This document shows, in pieces, positions 1-8,796 of a stretch of DNA of 64,000 nt (within the stretch, counting starts at the first letter, position 1; the number at the start of each line of letters is the position of its first letter). This stretch comes from Tagaea sp. CACIAM 22H2. GTDB lineage: Bacteria; Pseudomonadota; Alphaproteobacteria; CACIAM-22H2. The notes below the pieces were generated by a model. That model ran no database searches, was not told where the DNA came from, and was given only the letters and a program-made list of their open reading frames with translations. The DNA lies in contig PVXE01000012.1 in the NCBI GenBank assembly GCA_014444615.1, positions 7,051 through 71,050 of the forward strand, in the 5' to 3' direction. Both the position numbers and the translations under genes were made by a program.

Positions 1-2
1 GC

Positions 3-1160
3 ACCGAGCACGCCTATTCGGCGTCGGTCTTCAACATCTCGGCGATGAGCTTCGGCTCGCTGTCGTCCAACGCGATCCTGGCGCTGAACAAGGGCGCCAA
101 GATGGGCGGCTTCGCGCACGACACCGGCGAAGGCGGCTTCAGCCCCTATCACCGCGAGAACGGCGGCGACATCATCTGGGAGCTCGGCTCGGGCTATTTC
201 GGGGCGCGCAATGCCGACGGCACGTTCTCGCCCGAGAAATTCGCCGAAACCGCCAAGAATCCGCAGATCAAAATGGTCGAGTTGAAAATGAGCCAGGGTG
301 CGAAACCCGGCCATGGCGGCGTGCTGCCGGCGGCGAAAGTCAGCAAGGAAATTTCGATCACGCGCGGCATTCCGATGGGCGTCGACTGTATTTCGCCCGC
401 CAGCCACTCGGCCTTCGCCACGCCGATCGAGATGATGAAATTCATCGGCGAGATGCGGCGTCTGTCGGGCGGCAAGCCCGCCGGGTTCAAGCTGTGCATC
501 GGGCATCGCTGGGAGTTCCTGGCGATCTGCAAGGCGATGCTGGAAACCGGCATCCTGCCCGATTTCATCGTCGTCGACGGCAAGGAGGGCGGCACGGGTG
601 CGGCACCGCTCGAATTCCTCGACCATCTGGGCACGCCGTTGCGCGAAGGCCTCGACTTCGTGCACAACGCGCTGATCGGCATCGGCGTGCGCGAACATAT
701 CCGCGTGGGCGCTTCGGGCAAAATCGCCTCGGCTTTCGACGTGGCGCGCGCGATGGCGCTGGGGGCGGATTGGTGCAACGCCGCGCGCGGCTTCATGTTC
801 GCGCTGGGCTGCATCCAATCGCAAAGCTGCCACACCGATCGCTGCCCGACGGGTGTGGCCACGCAAGACCCGACGCGCGCGCGCGCGTTGGACGTGCCCG
901 ACAAGGCCGAGCGCGTGCGCAATTTCCACAAACAGACTTTGCATGCGCTGGCCGAGCTCGTGGCCGCCGCCGGCCTCGACCATCCCGGCCAGTTCCGCCG
1001 CGCGCATTTCTTCCGCCGTTTGGCCGACCACGAAGTCGGCAGCTTTGCCGAGCTTTATCCGGAATTGGAAAGCGGCGAATTGCTGCGCGGCACGCGCGAC
1101 AAGCGTTTCGCCGATGCGTGGCGCCTGGCGCGCGCCGACAGCTTCCAGCCCGCCCCTTAA
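3..1160 (+). CDS. FMN-binding glutamate synthase family protein (5' truncated by window edge)
   Basis: Motifs SAMSFGSLS, HDTGEGG, KMSQGAKPGHGG, VDGKEGGTGAAP and Cys cluster CIQSQSCHTDRCPTG; frame is open to the window start. Confidence 0.9.
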   Translation, partial: TEHAYSASVFNISAMSFGSLSSNAILALNKGAKMGGFAHDTGEGGFSPYHRENGGDIIWELGSGYFGARNADGTFSPEKFAETAKNPQIKMVELKMSQGAKPGHGGVLPAAKVSKEISITRGIPMGVDCISPASHSAFATPIEMMKFIGEMRRLSGGKPAGFKLCIGHRWEFLAICKAMLETGILPDFIVVDGKEGGTGAAPLEFLDHLGTPLREGLDFVHNALIGIGVREHIRVGASGKIASAFDVARAMALGADWCNAARGFMFALGCIQSQSCHTDRCPTGVATQDPTRARALDVPDKAERVRNFHKQTLHALAELVAAAGLDHPGQFRRAHFFRRLADHEVGSFAELYPELESGELLRGTRDKRFADAWRLARADSFQPAP

Positions 1161-1573
1161 CCGGGGCACCAGCCCTTGCGCGCGCCACCCGCGTAAGGCC
1201 GGGCAAGATTCTGCGACACCAGCGTATCGCCCAGATCGCGCCCGTCGATCGCCACGCGCGCCAGGGTGCGGCCATATTTGTCGCGGCCTTTTTCCGGCAC
1301 GACGCGCACGGTTGCGGTTTCCATCGCGATCAACGCCGCGAGCTTGGCGCGCTCCGCCGCCTGGATTTCGGCGGGGCAAGCCCCGTGCAGTTCGGGCGCG
1401 TCGATGTTGGCGATGCGAACGCGGCGTCCGCCGCAATCGATCGTATCGCCGTCCACGGCATGGCACTCGCCCGGCGGAAATTCGCGCGGGCTCATATCCG
1501 TGCGGTCCCAGAGTGCGGTGCCGCCGGCGGCGGCGGCACCGACCGCAAGAATTGCGATGGTTTTGCGTTTCAT
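1157..1573 (-). CDS. Thermonuclease (SNase-like) family protein with N-terminal signal/anchor
   Basis: AVDGDTI, RVRIANIDAPE and DKYGRTLA motifs; MKRKTIAILAVG hydrophobic N-terminus; start chosen at ATG 1573. Confidence 0.85.
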   Translation of the reverse strand: MKRKTIAILAVGAAAAGGTALWDRTDMSPREFPPGECHAVDGDTIDCGGRRVRIANIDAPELHGACPAEIQAAERAKLAALIAMETATVRVVPEKGRDKYGRTLARVAIDGRDLGDTLVSQNLARPYAGGARKGWCPG

Positions 1574-1628
1574 CGGCCGCATTTTAACCAAGCATTGCGC
1601 GGATAGACGCGCTAATTTTTGCGCCGTC

Positions 1629-2408
1629 ATGTTCGCCAAAGGCCCGCTTCAGATCCGCCACGCCGTGGTCACGATGCTCGACGCGTTCGTCGCAACGGCC
1701 GACGAAGCCGCGATGCGCAACGGCGGCAACGTCACCGCCGACGATATCGCCAAGATCGCCGATGCGATGAAGCAGTCGGGCGAGATGGATAATTTCTATC
1801 GCGCGGTGTTCGGCCAGATCGTCAACACGATCGTCGAGGCGCAGAACCAGAACCGCCGCGTCAACGCCTTCGGCCGCTTGGTCGTGCATCCGCTGTCGGA
1901 TTTCTTCCAGTCGCAGCAGCTCGATCGCGGCATGCTGCATAATTTCTTTTTCTTCGTCCATTCGCTGGTCGGCGAGACCGAGCAGGAATGGAACGATTCG
2001 TGCGCCGATATCGTCGAGGAGTTGCGCGCGAAGCTGGGCGAAAGCTTCACCTGGGACGATTTCTATCGCGACCCGCGCGCCGAGACGATCTTCTGGCAGG
2101 TGCTGGTGAAGATCGCGCAGGCCTTCAAGCGCTTCGAAACGCGCCGCGACTGGCTGTTCAAGATCATGCAGCACAAGCAGACCTCGATCAGCCTGGCGCC
2201 GAACAAGTACGTCAATCTCGGCGACGGCCACGACGTGGCGCAGTTCACCAAGGCCGATTTCCTGACCGTGTTCGACAATCTGTTCGCGCCCGTGCGCAAT
2301 CTGAGCTTCGAACAGACCGTGCGCTTCGAACAGGCGACCGGGCTCGAGCCCAAAGCCGCGTTCGGGAAGTTCTTTGAAGACCTCGCCGCCTATCGCGCGG
2401 AAGGCTAG
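1629..2408 (+). CDS. Hypothetical protein (~259 aa, probably helical)
   Basis: Coding-like composition from MFAKGPLQ; fills the gap between the SNase gene and prmA; no motif recognised. Confidence 0.7.
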   Translation: MFAKGPLQIRHAVVTMLDAFVATADEAAMRNGGNVTADDIAKIADAMKQSGEMDNFYRAVFGQIVNTIVEAQNQNRRVNAFGRLVVHPLSDFFQSQQLDRGMLHNFFFFVHSLVGETEQEWNDSCADIVEELRAKLGESFTWDDFYRDPRAETIFWQVLVKIAQAFKRFETRRDWLFKIMQHKQTSISLAPNKYVNLGDGHDVAQFTKADFLTVFDNLFAPVRNLSFEQTVRFEQATGLEPKAAFGKFFEDLAAYRAEG

Positions 2409-3289
2409 CGCTTCCTTTTCAGCACCAGCGTGCGCCAGCCGGCCGTATCCGGCCCGGCCTTGGCACGGCCCACAAACGTGAGTCCGCGCGCGAGATAAGC
2501 GCGCAACACCCAGGTTTCCTGCTCGGCCAGCAAACCTGATAGCACGAGATTGCCGCCCGGCTTCACGCTGCGCGACAAGGGCGTGGCGAGCTGCGTCAAC
2601 GGCCGCGCCAGGATATTCGCGATCGACAGATCGAAGCGCCGGCGCGTGGGCGGCAATTTCGCGAAGCCGTTCGCCGCGATCACTTTCACGCGCCGCGCCA
2701 CACCGTTGTCGCGCATGTTGAGCCGCGCGAGATCGGCCGAGGCGACGTCGATATCGGAGGCGAGCACGCGCTTGGCGCCCGCGCGCGCAGCACCAATGGC
2801 GAGAATGCCGGAGCCTGTGCCAAGGTCCAGCACGTTGCGGATGCGGCGGCGCTTGGCGATCGCCTCGATCGCCGCAAGACAGCCCTTCGTCGTCGCGTGC
2901 TCGCCCGAGCCGAACGCGATCGACGCGTCCAGCGCCACGGCCCACGCGCCCGACGGCGGCTTGTCGGCGATATGGCTGCCATAGACGAAGAAGCGCCCGA
3001 TCTTCAACGGCGGAAACGACGCGCGGTTTTCCGCAAGCCAATCGCGCTCCGGAAGCTCGTCGACTTCCAGCGTGGGCACCGGGCGGCGCAATTCCTTCGC
3101 CGCCGCGATGATCGGCGGCGCCAGGCGGCCCAAATCGGGCTTCGTCTCGAAATAGGCTTCGATGCGCCAGGGGCCTTGGGGGCTCGTCTCGAACGCCGTG
3201 ACGGCGCCCGCTTCTTCCTCGAGCGTGCGCACATAGGCCTCTTGCGAGACCGCGTCGCCGATCAGCACCAAACGCCAGAGAGTGGCCAT
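2405..3289 (-). CDS. prmA: 50S ribosomal protein L11 methyltransferase
   Basis: AFGSGEHATT, VLDLGTGSGILAI, IANILARPL and LVLSGLL motifs; start at MATLWRL. Confidence 0.9.
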   Translation of the reverse strand: MATLWRLVLIGDAVSQEAYVRTLEEEAGAVTAFETSPQGPWRIEAYFETKPDLGRLAPPIIAAAKELRRPVPTLEVDELPERDWLAENRASFPPLKIGRFFVYGSHIADKPPSGAWAVALDASIAFGSGEHATTKGCLAAIEAIAKRRRIRNVLDLGTGSGILAIGAARAGAKRVLASDIDVASADLARLNMRDNGVARRVKVIAANGFAKLPPTRRRFDLSIANILARPLTQLATPLSRSVKPGGNLVLSGLLAEQETWVLRAYLARGLTFVGRAKAGPDTAGWRTLVLKRKR

Positions 3290-3293
3290 CGCC

Positions 3294-5501
3294 TCACGCC
3301 TTCCGAACGAAACTGTCCATGACCTTTTTGGGCCCGGTATGCTCGAACTCGATTTCGAGCTTGCCCGCCTCGGCCGCGACCACGCGACCATAACCGAATT
3401 TCTCGTGGAACACGCGCATACCCGGCACGAAGTCGGGCGCGGCGCGTTCGCCCAAACGCGTTGCCTTGCCTTCGAGCAACGGCGCGCGCGTGCGGCCGAA
3501 GCTGCGCGGATTGCGGGCGAAGGGATCTTCCGCGAAATCGGGACCGGAGCCCCATAGCCCCGTCTCCGCCTTCACGTCGACATCCGATGCGGGCAGTTCC
3601 GCGACAAAGCGCGACGGGATCGAGGATTGCCACGTGTTGTAGATGCGCCGGTTGGCGGCGAAGGTGACGTAGGCGTGTTTGCGCGCGCGGGTGAGGCCCA
3701 CATGCGCCAAGCGGCGCTCCTCTTCCAGGCCTTCCTCGCCCTTCTCGTCCAAAGCGCGCGGATGGGGGAACAAGCCTTCCTCCCAGCCCGGCAGGAACAC
3801 GACGTCGAACTCCAGCCCCTTGGCGGCGTGCAGCGTCATCAAGCTCGCCATTTCGTCGGAGGCTTTCTCGACGCTCTCCATCACCAGCGAGACGTGTTCG
3901 AGGAAAGCCGGCAGCGTGTCGAATTCCTCGATCGCGGCGACGAGCTCCTTCAAGTTTTCGAGGCGGCCGGGCGCTTCCGCGCTTTTGTCCATCTGCCACA
4001 TCGCGGTGTAGCCGCTCTCGTCCAGAATGGTGCGGACGAGATCGGCATGCCCGATCGTCTCAAGGCCCGCGCGCCAGCGCGCGAAATCCTCGACCAGCCG
4101 CGTCAACGAACGGCGCGGCGCGGGCTTCAATTCATCGGTGCCGATGATTTCCTGCGACGCGGCATAGAGCGAAATGCGCCGCGCCGAAGCAAGGCCGCGC
4201 ACGATGCGCAGCGCCGCATCGCCCAACCCGCGCTTGGGCGTATTGACGATGCGCTCGAACGCCAGATCGTCGTCCTGCTGCACGGTCACGCGCAGATAGG
4301 CGATCGCATCGCGGATTTCCTGGCGTTCGTAGAAACGCGGGCCGCCCACGACACGATACGGCAAACCCAGCGTGACGAAGCGTTCTTCGAATTCGCGCGT
4401 CTGGAAACCAGCGCGCACCAGCACGGCGATCTGCGATAGCGGCACCTTGGCGCGTTGATGGGCCTCGATCTCCTCGCCCACGAAACGCGCTTCTTCCTCG
4501 CCGTCCCAAACGGGCTTGACGACGACTTTCTCGCCGCCCTTGTCGGCGGTCCACAACGTCTTGCCCAAGCGCCCGCGATTATGCGCGATCAGCGACGACG
4601 CGGCCGACAGGATATGCTCGGTCGAGCGATAGTTCTGTTCGAGCCGCACGACTTTGGCGCCGGGGAAATCCTGCTCGAAGCGCAGAATGTTCCCGACTTC
4701 CGCGCCGCGCCAGCCATAGATCGACTGATCGTCGTCGCCCACGCAGCAGATATTGCGATGGCCTTGGGCCAGGATGCGCAGCCACAAATACTGCGCGACG
4801 TTCGTGTCTTGATACTCGTCGACGAGGATGTATTTGAACTTGCGGTGATACTCGGCCAGCACCGACGCGTCGTTCTGGAAGATCGTCAGCGTGTGCAGCA
4901 GCAGATCGCCGAAATCGACGGCGTTGAGCGTTTTCAACCGCTCCTGATACATCGCGTAGATCTCAACCGCGCGCCCGTTGGCGACTTCCGACGCGGACTC
5001 GGCCGTCACGCGCTGGGGCGTTAGCCCGCGATCCTTCCAGCGCTCGATCACGCCATGCACCACGCGCGCGGGCCAGCGCTTGTCGTCGATCCCTTCGGCC
5101 TGGAGCAATTGCTTGATCAGCCGGATCTGGTCGTCCTGGTCGAGGATCGTGAAATTGCTTTTAAGGCCGGCAAGCTCGGCATGGCGGCGCAGGATGCGCG
5201 CGGCGAGCGCGTGGAAGGTGCCGAGCCACATGCCCTCGGCCGTTTCGCCGATGATCGAGGCGACGCGCTCGCGCATCTGGGCGGCGGCTTTGTTGGTGAA
5301 GGTCACGGCCAGAACCTGGCCGGGGAACGCCTTGCGCTGGACCAGAAGATGGGCGATTCGCGTGGTCAGGACGCGGGTTTTCCCCGTGCCCGCCCCGGCC
5401 AGCACCAGCAGCGGGCCGTCCAGCGTGCGAACGGCGTCGAGCTGCGGCGGGTTCAATCCGCGCAGATAGGGCGGCAACGACTCGGAAACGACTTCGACCA
5501 T
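3294..5501 (-). CDS. uvrD: ATP-dependent DNA helicase UvrD/PcrA
   Basis: LAGAGTGKT, VTFTNKAA, LVDEYQD, VGDDDQSIY, LEQNYRS, LMTLHAAKGLEF, EEERRL and C-terminal Tudor-like RVFHEKFGYG; start approximate. Confidence 0.95.
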   Translation of the reverse strand: MVEVVSESLPPYLRGLNPPQLDAVRTLDGPLLVLAGAGTGKTRVLTTRIAHLLVQRKAFPGQVLAVTFTNKAAAQMRERVASIIGETAEGMWLGTFHALAARILRRHAELAGLKSNFTILDQDDQIRLIKQLLQAEGIDDKRWPARVVHGVIERWKDRGLTPQRVTAESASEVANGRAVEIYAMYQERLKTLNAVDFGDLLLHTLTIFQNDASVLAEYHRKFKYILVDEYQDTNVAQYLWLRILAQGHRNICCVGDDDQSIYGWRGAEVGNILRFEQDFPGAKVVRLEQNYRSTEHILSAASSLIAHNRGRLGKTLWTADKGGEKVVVKPVWDGEEEARFVGEEIEAHQRAKVPLSQIAVLVRAGFQTREFEERFVTLGLPYRVVGGPRFYERQEIRDAIAYLRVTVQQDDDLAFERIVNTPKRGLGDAALRIVRGLASARRISLYAASQEIIGTDELKPAPRRSLTRLVEDFARWRAGLETIGHADLVRTILDESGYTAMWQMDKSAEAPGRLENLKELVAAIEEFDTLPAFLEHVSLVMESVEKASDEMASLMTLHAAKGLEFDVVFLPGWEEGLFPHPRALDEKGEEGLEEERRLAHVGLTRARKHAYVTFAANRRIYNTWQSSIPSRFVAELPASDVDVKAETGLWGSGPDFAEDPFARNPRSFGRTRAPLLEGKATRLGERAAPDFVPGMRVFHEKFGYGRVVAAEAGKLEIEFEHTGPKKVMDSFVRKA

Positions 5502-5562
5502 TTGCGCCCTCATAGCATACGAAACCGCACGGGGGGACTTGGCGGCGCGGCCGGAAAGGCCC

Positions 5563-6585
5563 ATGCTCATTCGTATGCCATTCCCCCCGGTCCGCGCGGC
5601 CGTCTTGGCCGCTCTCCTCGCCTTCGCCGCCCCGATTTCGGGCCATGCGCAATCGCTCGAAACGATCGTCGAGCCGGTGATGCGCTTCAAAGCCTATGTG
5701 CCCGCCGATGCACGCACCGCGACCGGTTTGGGGCGCGAGCGCGAAGGCTCGGCCATTCTGATCGATTCGAGCGGCTTGATGCTGACCGTCGGCTATTTGA
5801 TGGTCGAGGCCGAGCGCGCCGACGTGGAATTGCCCGACGGGTCGGTCGCGGCGGCCGAGATCGTCGCCTATGACCACGACACCGGCTTGGGCCTGCTGCG
5901 CTCGCGCGTCGCCGCGCGCGCGGCCAAGCCCGTGGCATTGGCGCGCAACGCCGAGGACGTGAAAGCGGGCGACGCGGTTCTGGTGGTGCCCTTCGGCGGC
6001 GTGGACAACGCGGCCCCCGCGCGCGTCATCTCGCGCCGGCCCTTCGCGGGCAATTGGGAATATATGCTCGACAGCGCGATTTTCACCGTGCCGCCGCATC
6101 CGTTGTGGAGCGGGGCGGCGTTGCTCGACGCGCGCGGGCGGTTGATCGGCGTGGGCTCGCTGATCGTCAACGACGCGAGCGGGGCGCGCGGCAGCGGCGA
6201 AGGCCCGCGCGTGCCCGGCAACGTGTTCGTGCCGATCGACGTGCTCGAACCCATTTTCGCCGACATGATCGCCGAAGGCCGTGCGATGTCGCCGCGCCGC
6301 CCCTGGACCGGCATGACGCTCGAGGAAACGCCGCAAGGCTTGATCGTCGCGCGCGTCACACCCGGCGGCCCGGCGGAGCGCGCGGGTATGTCGCGCGGCG
6401 ACACGATTGCGGGCATCAAAGGCAAGGCGACGCCCACGCTTGTCGAATTCTATCGCGGGCTATGGGCGCAAGGCCCGGCGGGCACGCAGGTCGAGTTCGA
6501 CGTGCAGCGCGAAGGCCGCATCCAGCGCCAGACTCTGCGCTCGGTCGACCGGCTCGATCAGCTCAATCTGAAACGCGCACCCTAA
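5563..6585 (+). CDS. S1C/HtrA-like trypsin-fold protein with C-terminal PDZ domain and signal peptide
   Basis: GSAILID, YDHDTGLGLL, SGAALLDARGRLIGV; PDZ segment VARVTPGGPAERAGMSRGD; catalytic His position reads TVGYL. Confidence 0.8.
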   Translation: MLIRMPFPPVRAAVLAALLAFAAPISGHAQSLETIVEPVMRFKAYVPADARTATGLGREREGSAILIDSSGLMLTVGYLMVEAERADVELPDGSVAAAEIVAYDHDTGLGLLRSRVAARAAKPVALARNAEDVKAGDAVLVVPFGGVDNAAPARVISRRPFAGNWEYMLDSAIFTVPPHPLWSGAALLDARGRLIGVGSLIVNDASGARGSGEGPRVPGNVFVPIDVLEPIFADMIAEGRAMSPRRPWTGMTLEETPQGLIVARVTPGGPAERAGMSRGDTIAGIKGKATPTLVEFYRGLWAQGPAGTQVEFDVQREGRIQRQTLRSVDRLDQLNLKRAP

Positions 6586-7061
6586 CGCTTAATCGCAACG
6601 GCGCGGCCCACCCCGTCGGGCAAAGGCAGCGTCGCATGCGCCGCGACCGCGTCGAGCGCGCGTTGCAAATCCGCCGGCGCGAGCGAACCCGCCTTGCGCG
6701 TTGTCATATCGACCGTGAGCGACAGCACCTCGAATGTCGCGGCGACGGCGCCGGTCTCGGCATTGCGCATGATATGGAAATGATGGAGGCGCTTGGCGTC
6801 CGCACCCAGCATCCGCGATTCGACTGTCACCAGCGTGCCGAGCTTCACTTCGCCCAGGTAGCGGATATGCGCCTCGACCGCGAAATGCGAGCGCCCGGCG
6901 GCTTCGCGCCAATCGCGGCCATAGCCCAACGCTTCGAACAATACGTCGACCGCGTTGTCGAACACGACGACGTAATAGGCGACGTTCATATGGCCGTTGA
7001 AGTCGATCCATTCCGGGCGTACGCGTTCCGAATGTCGGTCGAACGGGGTCGGGAAATTCAA
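6582..7061 (-). CDS. 4HBT-like acyl-CoA thioesterase (hotdog fold)
   Basis: WIDFNGHMNVAYY motif; HIRYLGEV. Confidence 0.85.
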   Translation of the reverse strand: MNFPTPFDRHSERVRPEWIDFNGHMNVAYYVVVFDNAVDVLFEALGYGRDWREAAGRSHFAVEAHIRYLGEVKLGTLVTVESRMLGADAKRLHHFHIMRNAETGAVAATFEVLSLTVDMTTRKAGSLAPADLQRALDAVAAHATLPLPDGVGRAVAIKR

Positions 7062-7093
7062 CGCTTTGCCTCCTCGCGGCCGGACCTGTAGCT

Positions 7094-8056
7094 TTGGCGG
7101 CCCCGGCGGTTCCGGGCAAGGAAAACATCATTCTGGGCTTTCTCGATTTTCTCGCACGTCACGCGCGCTGGGCGATGCCTTCGGGCCTCGCGATCGGCAT
7201 TTTGCTGCCCGATCTTGCCGCCGCGCTGAAGCCGATCCTGTCGCCCTCGGTCGTGCTGATCCTGCTCGCCTCGATGCTGCGCGTGTCGCCATCGTCGATC
7301 GGTGCGGCGTTCGGGCGTTTGCCGATGCTGGGTTTCGCCTGGATTTGGGCGCTGCTGGCCGTGCCTTTCATCACCTTGGCGATCGGCGCAGCGCTGGGCC
7401 TGCCGCGCGATCTGCACGATGCGCTGACGGTCAGCTCCGCCGCCCCGCCCTTACTGTTCGGGGCCATGTTCGCGGCCGTGGTCGGGCTGGACGCCGGCTT
7501 GGCGCTGGTCACCGTGCTGGGCGGCACGATGATCGCGGCGCTGACAATTCCGCTCGTCGCGGCATTGGCGGGTTTGAATCTCGGGGACGTCACGACCGGC
7601 GAATTCCTGCTGCGCTCGGTCGGTATCATCGCGGGCACGGCGATGGCCGCCTATCTCGTGCGGCGCGTGCTGGGCGAAGCGCGGCTGCAAGCCAACGCCA
7701 AGATCCTGGAAGGGATCGGCGTGCTGCTGATGATCGTGTTCGCCGTCGCGGTGATGGACGGCATCGCCGCCATCGCGTTCGCCGAGCCATGGCGCCTCGC
7801 CGCTTACGTGCTCGCGGCTTTCGCGCTGAATTTGGGATTGCAGATCGGCTCGGCGCTGATCTTCTGGCACAAAGGCATTCGCACCGCCGGAACGATGGCG
7901 GTGGCGACGGGCTTCCGCAACAACGCGCTGCTGATCGCCATTTTGCCGCCACCCACGCCGCCCGAAATCCTGCTGTTCATCGCGGCGGCGCAGTTCCCGA
8001 TCTATATCGTGCCGAGCCTCGCCTGGAAGCTTTACACCCGCGCGGCGAAGGGTTGA
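7094..8056 (+). CDS. Bile acid:sodium symporter (BASS)-like membrane transporter
   Basis: About 9-10 hydrophobic segments; AAPP and GFRNNAL motifs; start uncertain. Confidence 0.7.
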   Translation: MAAPAVPGKENIILGFLDFLARHARWAMPSGLAIGILLPDLAAALKPILSPSVVLILLASMLRVSPSSIGAAFGRLPMLGFAWIWALLAVPFITLAIGAALGLPRDLHDALTVSSAAPPLLFGAMFAAVVGLDAGLALVTVLGGTMIAALTIPLVAALAGLNLGDVTTGEFLLRSVGIIAGTAMAAYLVRRVLGEARLQANAKILEGIGVLLMIVFAVAVMDGIAAIAFAEPWRLAAYVLAAFALNLGLQIGSALIFWHKGIRTAGTMAVATGFRNNALLIAILPPPTPPEILLFIAAAQFPIYIVPSLAWKLYTRAAKG

Positions 8057-8142
8057 CGGCGTCGCCCCCAACTGATATAAATAATTTTAGCTAAAGGCTC
8101 GTGAAATGGGCCTAACCGTCTGAACTTTCGCGGAGAACCGCC

Positions 8143-8796
8143 ATGTTCGACACGCTTTCGAGCCTCAATGCCGCCTTGCGCGCCTCGCCCTATTTCGGCG
8201 CGAACGGCAACGCCACCGCCTTGACCGGCCAAGCCGCGGATTTCGCGCGGGGCATGGCCGATGCCAAAGCCAAGGGCGATGCGCTGGCCGGCCGTTTGCG
8301 CGCCGATTTCGAGGACGCCAAGGCCTTCGGAAACGAACTTTTCCGCGCCGCGCGCCAAGCCGCCGCCACCGCGATCGACACGCTGCAAGGCATGGGCGCT
8401 TCGGCGGACACGCTGAACCGCCTGATGGACGATCTGCAAAAGCGCCTGGCGGCCGACGCGAGCGCGCAAGCTTTCGACGCGCCGCGCGTGCCGATGGGTT
8501 TCGCGGCGGGCGAACGCGTCAGCTTCTCGCTGGAGATCGAAAGCCTGTCGCTTTCCGCCTCGGCCGACGGGAAGAGCTTCTCGCTCAACTACACGCGCGT
8601 GTCGCTGTCGGTCGTATCGGAACGCTATATCGCGGGCCAGGGCGCATCGGCCGATCAGCTCGCGAATTTCTTCGACGCCGGCAAGGCGCTCGCCTTGCCC
8701 AAGCCCGACGAGAACGATCCGCTGCGCATGGTGCTGAACCTGTTCGCGCCGCTCGACAAGAACGCCGCGAAGGATCCGTTCAAGCTGTTCGCGTAA
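8143..8796 (+). CDS. Hypothetical protein
   Basis: ATG with GGAGA RBS and an AT-rich upstream region; Ala-rich N-half and Ser-rich beta-like C-half. Confidence 0.7.
   Translation: MFDTLSSLNAALRASPYFGANGNATALTGQAADFARGMADAKAKGDALAGRLRADFEDAKAFGNELFRAARQAAATAIDTLQGMGASADTLNRLMDDLQKRLAADASAQAFDAPRVPMGFAAGERVSFSLEIESLSLSASADGKSFSLNYTRVSLSVVSERYIAGQGASADQLANFFDAGKALALPKPDENDPLRMVLNLFAPLDKNAAKDPFKLFA

Noticed and set aside
1157-2408. Nuclease plus hypothetical gene as a toxin-antitoxin or defence pair
   Set aside because: The genes are divergent, the nuclease looks exported, and no defence-type domain is recognisable
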